A stretch of 64,000 nucleotides of DNA from an uncultured Gemmatimonadales bacterium. Its GTDB lineage: Bacteria; Gemmatimonadota; Gemmatimonadetes; Longimicrobiales; Longimicrobiaceae. The notes below the pieces were generated by a model, which saw only the letters and a program-made list of their open reading frames with translations, had not been told where the DNA came from and made no database searches. Of the stretch, positions 58,266 to 64,000 are shown one piece after another (the first letter of the stretch is position 1; each line of letters begins with the position of its first letter). The position numbers and the translations under genes were made by a program. Location: assembly GCA_963716255.1 (NCBI GenBank), contig OY970303.1, forward strand, positions 4,544,001 through 4,608,000, in the 5' to 3' direction.

Positions 58266-59407
58266 CTCATACCAAAACGACTGAACCAAAGTGCATTCCA
58301 GGGGTAAGCACGGGCGAACCCTAAGTAGTTGAGCGGTATCGATGTACAAACGCCTGCCTCAGATCAAGGAAGCGCTGGAGGAACTCGACGTCCGCTTGAA
58401 GCGCGAGCGCGATGCCCAACTCCGTCCCCGCCTCCACCTGTTGGTGCTGGTCGCCTCGGGTCGGGCTCGCACTCGGCAGGAAGCGGCCGAACACCTGGCG
58501 CTGCACCGCAACACGATCGGCCGCTGGCTGGCAGCCTACGAGCAAGGCGGCCTGGATCGGCTGCTCACCGTCGAGAAGACCGGAGCCAAGCCAGGGCAGA
58601 AGACGCTTCCCGAGCCCGTCTGGCAGGCGCTCCAGGTGCGCTTGAATGCAGAGGGCTTTTCCGACTACAAGCATGTGCAGCGCTGGTTGGAAGAGGAGTG
58701 GGGCCTGGAGATCCCCTACAAGACCTTGCATCCGCTGGTGCGCTACCGGCTCGGGGCCAAGCTGAAACGGGCGCGGCCGGTCCATGCGAAAAAAACTCGA
58801 GCGAGGCGGCGAACTTCCCTGCACGCCTAAAGCGCGTGGTCGATTGTGCCGTGGCCTTCTCGCCCCGGCCGGTGCGACTCTTCGCCCAGGACGAGAGCCG
58901 CCTGGGTTTGCATGAGGGACAGACCCGTCGATGGCTGAACGCGCCGGGGGTGAAGCCGCTCCAGAGGGTGCTGCCGCGCTACGAGTACTTCTGGCTCTAC
59001 GGCGCGGTGGAGCCAGCCACGGGCGAGGCCTTCTTCCTGGAGATGCCGGCGCTGGACACGCCCTGCTTTCAGGCCTTCCTCACTGAGTTCGGCCGCAGTT
59101 ACCCGGAGAGCCTGAACCTGCTGGTCCTCGACGGTGCCCCGGCTCACATCGCCGGGCGGCTGATCGTGCCCGAGAACGTGCTGCTGGTGCGCTTACCGCC
59201 CTACAGCCCCGAACTCAACCCCGTGGAGCGGCTCTGGCAGGATCTACGGGCGCGCCTCGGATCGGAGCTGCCTGCCAACCTGGAGGCCCTGAAGGAGAAG
59301 ACGGCCCAGCAGATCCGCACCTACACCGCGGAAGGGCTCGCTTCCATCTGCGGCTACGAGTACCTTCTCCACACTCTTGCACCTTAAATCTGCGGATTTG
59401 GTATCAG
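58266..59407 (+). mobile_element. IS630-family insertion sequence
   Basis: Imperfect TIRs CTCATACCAAA / TTTGGTATCAG; TA duplicated at 58264-58265 and 59408-59409. Confidence 0.9.
58342..59387 (+). CDS. IS630 transposase (HTH orfA + DDE orfB joined by a -1 frameshift)
   Basis: orfA 58342-58830; A7C slippery run at 58789-58796; FAQDESR, LDGAPAH, SPELNPVE. Confidence 0.9.
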
Positions 59408-59453
59408 TACGTGAAAGCGCCCCCGCCGGGAGATCCCGGGTGGGGGCGCAGTT

Positions 59454-59582
59454 GCGTGAGGGATTTCGGCCCGAAGGGGCGAGACCGCGCGGCTGTTTGC
59501 GCGGGCTCGACTCCGTTGAGCAGCGTTGTTTGCTGCTCTACGGAGCCGAAGCCCGACCCCGGCGCCAGCCGGGGGCACGCCC
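59454..59582 (+). repeat. Repeat family A copy 14
   Basis: Direct match to family A. Confidence 0.92.
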
Positions 59583-59610
59583 AAACCCGCCGTGAAAAGC
59601 CGTTCCGCCG

Positions 59611-60135
59611 TTAGAACCGCTGCTTCCAGCGCGTGTTGGCGGGCGGATTGGTGGCGTTGCAGGCGGCCATGACGAGCTGCGTGCCGTTGGTGCCGGAGGG
59701 GGCCGAGACGCAGTTGCCGCTGGCGCCCATCCACTGGCTGCTGCCCAGGTAGTACCAGTGCTGCGTGTCGGACGGGCTGCTGATGGGGTGGCACGGCCAG
59801 ATCTTGACCGGGGAGCCCACCGAGCCGTTGCTGGGATAATAGTCCATGCACATCTGGTAGCCGCGCGGGCCCGCCTGCCCCTTCTGCACGAGGACGTGGC
59901 CGTCGGTTAGACGCTGGAAGTACTGGTTCACGGAGGACTGGCAGGAGTACACGTCGATGTGGTTACCGTCGCTGAGGTTCCCCTGGTACACGTCCATGCA
60001 CTTGTTGGCGTAGGCGAAGCTCTCGAACATGGACTGGGCGCTTGCCTGCGCCGGGAGGCCGGCGAGCGCGGCGACGGCGAGCAGGGCGCCGAGCCAGGTG
60101 CGGAGGGAACGGAAGCGAGCGGTGCGTGTCTGCAT
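59611..60135 (-). CDS. Secreted ricin-B (beta-trefoil) lectin-domain protein
   Basis: Signal peptide; three C-[ML]D...C...QxW-like subdomains. Confidence 0.85.
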   Translation of the reverse strand: MQTRTARFRSLRTWLGALLAVAALAGLPAQASAQSMFESFAYANKCMDVYQGNLSDGNHIDVYSCQSSVNQYFQRLTDGHVLVQKGQAGPRGYQMCMDYYPSNGSVGSPVKIWPCHPISSPSDTQHWYYLGSSQWMGASGNCVSAPSGTNGTQLVMAACNATNPPANTRWKQRF

Positions 60136-60203
60136 TGCTTCTCCTGACGTGAAGGGAGCGACGGATGCATCGGGCTGGACGCTCGGGCCGCCGGCGCCCG
60201 GAC

Positions 60204-60232
60204 ATTGTAAACGGGTGGATTCGCCCGGACAA
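60204..60232 (-). promoter_or_regulatory. sigma70-type promoter of the lectin gene
   Basis: Minus strand TTGTCC-N17-TACAAT. Confidence 0.55.
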
Positions 60233-60343
60233 GGGAACGCCCGGCAGCCCCCGGACCAACACGAAACCAGCGCCCCCGCCGGGATCTCCCGGAGGGGGCG
60301 CCTTTTTCGTACTTCGTTCTGCCGTGGCAGGGTATTTCCCGTC

Positions 60344-61021
60344 CTATTCCCTGTCCCCCGTCTTCACCGCCGCCGTCCACTCGCACGCCTGGGCGCCCCT
60401 GGCCTCGCACGCCGGGTGCTCCAGCAGGTAGCCGCGGCCCGTGTAGCTTTCCATCAGCTCCGTGAGCACGCCCGCGTACAGGGCGCAGGCGGCCCCGCCG
60501 GGGTCGGCGCGGGCGGTGAGCGAGCCGGAGATGCGCATTCCCACCTGGCGGCGCGGGACCTGGAGCCGCCCGTTGCCGGCGATCTGGCGGAAGACGCGCA
60601 GCGAGGCGCGGCGGGCGGAGCGGAGCGCCAGGGAAGGGGGAAGGTGCCGCACCAGGCGGCGAAAGGTGTTGCTGCGCTCCTCCCACGCCAGGCGCGCGAT
60701 GCGCCGGCCGGCCTCCTCGAAGATCTCGTCCGCGTCGGGGCGGCGGATCACCAGGCGGATCAGGTTCTCGATCTCCGCCTCGCCCTGCATGCGCTTGCGG
60801 CGCACCTCCTCGCGGAAGCGGTGGATCTGCGTGTGCACCACGTCGTTGAGCCCGAACCGGCGCGGCAGGCTTGCGGACAGGTCCTCGCCCTCCAGCACCT
60901 CGGCGGGGCGGTCCATGTCGCGCATGGTCTCGAAAAGGATCAGCGGCAGAAGCGGGGTGATCCCCCCCCTGCCCGCCGATCCCGCCGAGCGGCCCTGCCC
61001 CAGCCGGTCCTTCTTCGCCAT
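60344..61021 (-). CDS. Hypothetical protein with a V4R-like C-terminus
   Basis: C..YAG.L...EHPACEARGAQACEW. Confidence 0.7.
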   Translation of the reverse strand: MAKKDRLGQGRSAGSAGRGGITPLLPLILFETMRDMDRPAEVLEGEDLSASLPRRFGLNDVVHTQIHRFREEVRRKRMQGEAEIENLIRLVIRRPDADEIFEEAGRRIARLAWEERSNTFRRLVRHLPPSLALRSARRASLRVFRQIAGNGRLQVPRRQVGMRISGSLTARADPGGAACALYAGVLTELMESYTGRGYLLEHPACEARGAQACEWTAAVKTGDRE

Positions 61022-61179
61022 GTCGCGCCCGGTGATCGGTTGGAGTGCAGACGGGGGGCGGAATTTCGCCCTTCCGCCCCGCCACCGCAACCCCGCGCGC
61101 GCCCCCATCGGCCCGCCTCTTGCTTGCCCGGGAGCGAAGCACGGGCACAGTCTCGATTCACGGAACCGCGGAGGCCGGA

Positions 61180-61668
61180 GTGGACCCCAACCAGCACCCC
61201 GAATGCGTCTTCTGCCGCATCATCGGCGGGGACGAGATGGTCAGCGTCATCTTCGAGGACGAGGAGGTCATCGCCTTCCTCGACGTGCAGCCCCTGTACC
61301 GGGGCCACGTGCTGGTGCTCCCCAAGGCGCACCACAAGAACCTGTTCTACGTCCCCGAGGAGCTGGCCGCGCGCACCTTCGCCACGGCGCGCCGCATCCT
61401 CCCGGGGCTGCGCCGCGCCACCGGGTGCCGCGCGATCAACCTGTTCTCCCCCAACGGGGCGGACGGGGGGCAGGACGTGTTCCACTTCCACCTGCACCTG
61501 ATCCCCGTCCCCGAGGGGAAGCCGTTCCCCCTGCAGCTCCCCGACCCGGGCGCCCCCGTGCCGTCGCGCTCCGAGCTGGACGTGATGGCCGCGGTGATCG
61601 GCCGCTGCGTCGCCGACGAGAACTGCGGCCAGCCCGCGCCGGACGAAGAGCTGCAGGCGGCGGGCTGA
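61180..61668 (+). CDS. HIT-family hydrolase
   Basis: CVFCRII, GQDVFHFHLHLIP. Confidence 0.92.
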   Translation: MDPNQHPECVFCRIIGGDEMVSVIFEDEEVIAFLDVQPLYRGHVLVLPKAHHKNLFYVPEELAARTFATARRILPGLRRATGCRAINLFSPNGADGGQDVFHFHLHLIPVPEGKPFPLQLPDPGAPVPSRSELDVMAAVIGRCVADENCGQPAPDEELQAAG

Positions 61669-61808
61669 GCCCCGGCCGGCGCCTCCCGCGCCCCCGTGCC
61701 CGCGCGCGGGCCGGGGGCGCGCGCCCCCATTGCGGAGCGGCGGCGGGCGGCGTATCCTCCCGCGTCCACTTCAGATGACCCCTCCCGCCACCGCCGTTTG
61801 ACGGGCCC

Positions 61809-62900
61809 ATGAAGCGCTTCGCCGCCTACGATCCCCCCGAGTACGCCAGCTGGACCGCCGATCCCGGGCTGGTACGGGAGTTCCGCGAGCGCGTGGACGC
61901 CGACCCCCAGCGGGCGCGGGTGATCCGCGACCTGTCCGAGGACCGCCTGCTGGAGCTGTACGCGGGGCTGGTGCGCAACCGGCTGCACGACATCGCCCTG
62001 AAGCGCTGGGTCAAGAGCGGCACCATCTCCAAGGCGTGGCTGGGCACCGGCGAGGAGGCCGCCACCATCGGCCCCGTGCACGCGCTGCGGCGCGGCGGCC
62101 CGGACCACGACGTGGTCGCGCCCATGATCCGCAACGCGGGCGCCTGCCACGAGATGGGGATGCCGGTGGCGGACATGCTGCGCGCGTACCTGGGCACCGA
62201 CGACTCCCCGTCCGGCGGGCGCGACGGGCACGTGGGCGAGCTGCGCCACGGCGTCGTCGCCCCCATCTCCCACGTGGGCGACATGGTGCCGGTGATCGCC
62301 GGGGTGGCGCTCACCTTCCGGCAGCGCGGCGAGGACCGCGTGGCGCTGACCTGGGTGGGGGACGGCTCCACCAAGACGGCCGCCTTCCACGAGGGGATCA
62401 ACCTGGCCGGGGTGTGGCGCCTCCCCGCCGTGGTCATCATCCACAACAACGGGGTGGCGCTGGGCTCCCGGCCGGAGACCGGGGGGATCGGCTCCTTCGC
62501 CGAGTGGCCGCGGATGTACGGAGTGGCCGGCGGCACCTTCGACGGCAACCACGTGCTGGACGCGTACGCGGCCGCCCGCATCGCCGTGGACCGCGCGAGG
62601 GCAGGCGACGGTGTGACGCTGCTGGTGGGCGAGACCTTCCGCATGGGCGGGCACGCCACCCACGACGAGCGCGAGGCCCGCACCCTCTTCGACGCGGCGA
62701 CGTTCGCGCGGTGGGGGAAGCGCGACCCGGTGGGGCTGTACGAGGCCTGGCTGGAGGGCGAGGGGATCCCCCGCGCCCGCCTGGAAGAGATCGAGGCCGC
62801 GATCGCCGCCGAGGTGGACGCCGCCACGGAGGAGGCTCTGCGCAGCCGCGACTCCGCCATGCCCCGGGGCGAGACGGTCACGGAGCGCGTGTACGCCTGA
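61809..62900 (+). CDS. TPP-dependent 2-oxoacid dehydrogenase E1 alpha subunit
   Basis: GDGS..FHEGIN, HNN, FRMGGHATHD, RDP. Confidence 0.9.
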   Translation: MKRFAAYDPPEYASWTADPGLVREFRERVDADPQRARVIRDLSEDRLLELYAGLVRNRLHDIALKRWVKSGTISKAWLGTGEEAATIGPVHALRRGGPDHDVVAPMIRNAGACHEMGMPVADMLRAYLGTDDSPSGGRDGHVGELRHGVVAPISHVGDMVPVIAGVALTFRQRGEDRVALTWVGDGSTKTAAFHEGINLAGVWRLPAVVIIHNNGVALGSRPETGGIGSFAEWPRMYGVAGGTFDGNHVLDAYAAARIAVDRARAGDGVTLLVGETFRMGGHATHDEREARTLFDAATFARWGKRDPVGLYEAWLEGEGIPRARLEEIEAAIAAEVDAATEEALRSRDSAMPRGETVTERVYA

Positions 62901-63007
62901 TCCGTCCCGTCCGGGTGCTTGCCCGGCGGGGGCCGCGTACGCATATTCCATGTAGTTCCCGCCACGAATCGCCCAGCAGGCAACCGCCCGCTTTCCCGGA
63001 GGCCGCC

Positions 63008-63151
63008 ATGCCGCTCCAGATCCCGAAGACTCTCACGCTCACCCGGGAGACGCTGCGCGACCTCGCCAGGGCCGGGGTGCCCATGCAGTTCGCGACCAGC
63101 GGGTACTCCTGTCTCCTGTGCCCTCTGCCGCCGACCGTCGAGAGGAAGTAA
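63008..63151 (+). CDS. Putative RiPP (lanthipeptide-like) precursor 1
   Basis: GGAGG RBS; leader LTLTRETLRDL; core TSGYSCLLC. Confidence 0.65.
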   Translation: MPLQIPKTLTLTRETLRDLARAGVPMQFATSGYSCLLCPLPPTVERK

Positions 63152-63374
63152 GCTCCACCCGGCCGAGCATCGCACACCACCGTCCCGGGGTTCCGGTCCT
63201 CCGGGCGCGTCCATGCTGCGATCACAATGCGTCTGGACGTAAACAGAAGGCTTGTGTGACGGCCCTCTGGTCCCGGCCGTCACGTATGCGGAGCGCCACC
63301 CGGCGCTCCGATCGACCGCGCCCGCCCCTCCGGCGGGAGCGGGGACTTCCCACCCTCCTCCAGGGAGCACCACC

Positions 63375-63533
63375 ATGCAGAAGACGTCCCGCAAGAAGCT
63401 GCAGCTCAACAAGGAGACCGTGCGCCAGCTCGTGTCCGTCGCCGGGAGCAACACCGAGCTCGTCGTCGACACGGGGGGGGAGCCGACGCTTTGCCCCACC
63501 GACGGCACCAAAACCTGCGTGATCGGCCGCTAG
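63375..63533 (+). CDS. Putative RiPP (lanthipeptide-like) precursor 2
   Basis: GGGAG RBS; leader KKLQLNKETVRQL; core TGGEPTLCPTDGTKTC. Confidence 0.75.
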   Translation: MQKTSRKKLQLNKETVRQLVSVAGSNTELVVDTGGEPTLCPTDGTKTCVIGR

Positions 63534-63651
63534 AACGGTAGGAGGAAGTGTATGCGGGGGCGTCCGGCGCATGCCGGGCGCCCCATGGCTTTTTCGGCAC
63601 CGGTCAGTTCTGAACGGCTACGGCTTACGGCAGCGGATATGGACGGGGGCA

Positions 63652-63779
63652 GGGCGTGCCCCCGGCTGCGCCGGGGTCGGGCTTCGGCTCCGTAAGCCAG
63701 CAAACAACGCTGACTAACGGAGTCGAGCCCCGGCAAACTGCCGCCGGGTCTCGCCCCTTCGGGCCGAAATCCCTCACGC
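63652..63779 (-). repeat. Repeat family A copy 15
   Basis: Reverse complement match to family A. Confidence 0.92.
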
Positions 63780-64000
63780 GGGGCTCGTGCTGGCGTCCGC
63801 GAGTATCGGCCCCCTCACCCCCCGGCCCCCTCTCCCCCGCAAGCGGGGGAAAGGGGGAGCACGACAACGAAACGGCTGTTGCCGTTCCGGGATCTGCACC
63901 GGGAGGTCGGGGGAGGAGCCTCTCCCGGCCGACCCCATCCCGGAGCCTGCCGGAATGGCTCGCAGTCCGTCCCTGGCCAGCCTCAAACGAAGTGCGGGTC

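Noticed and set aside
58789..58830. IS630 transposase as a frameshifted pseudogene
   Set aside because: The A-run -1 junction is typical of programmed frameshifting in IS630, and the TIRs and DDE residues are intact
10553..63779. Family A as a CRISPR array or integron attC cassette array
   Set aside because: Copies are dispersed, in both orientations and flank core genes (fabF, lysC, gmhA); no spacers, cas genes, integrase or RYYYAAC/GTTRRRY ends
63983..64000. Possible 3' end of a minus-strand gene (…DPHFV stop)
   Set aside because: Only five codons visible; cannot be supported or identified

Overview
Very GC-rich bacterial chromosomal segment. Gene content and repeats are suggestive of Gemmatimonadota (Longimicrobium-like), but this is an impression and was not tested. 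About 58 genes are supported: an arsenic module (Cys-rich MarR, arsM, partial arsN1-like GNAT) with a visible shared operator; a desiccation/general-stress cluster (LEA_2, ferritin-like, DUF3618, Gly/Tyr-rich CBS); fabF, ccdA, chdC/hemQ, mlaEFD, lysC-asd, gmhA, fumC and a TDO-like gene; an orphan membrane desaturase; an S8 protease; an MCP; a tandemly duplicated ABC exporter; a GGDEF/REC/EAL/DHH module; and one intact IS630. The most striking non-coding signal is a ~129-nt multi-hairpin intergenic repeat with 15 full copies. Its stems show compensatory changes, it shares a hairpin module with a second repeat family, and it sits in mosaic arrays with two further palindromic families. Small-peptide candidates are two tandem lanthipeptide-like precursors (63008-63533) and a secreted six-Cys defensin-like peptide (42416-42625). 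Several sigma54-type promoters precede stress genes. No rRNA, tRNA or CRISPR array was seen. All protein family calls come from recognising motifs by eye; no searches were run.
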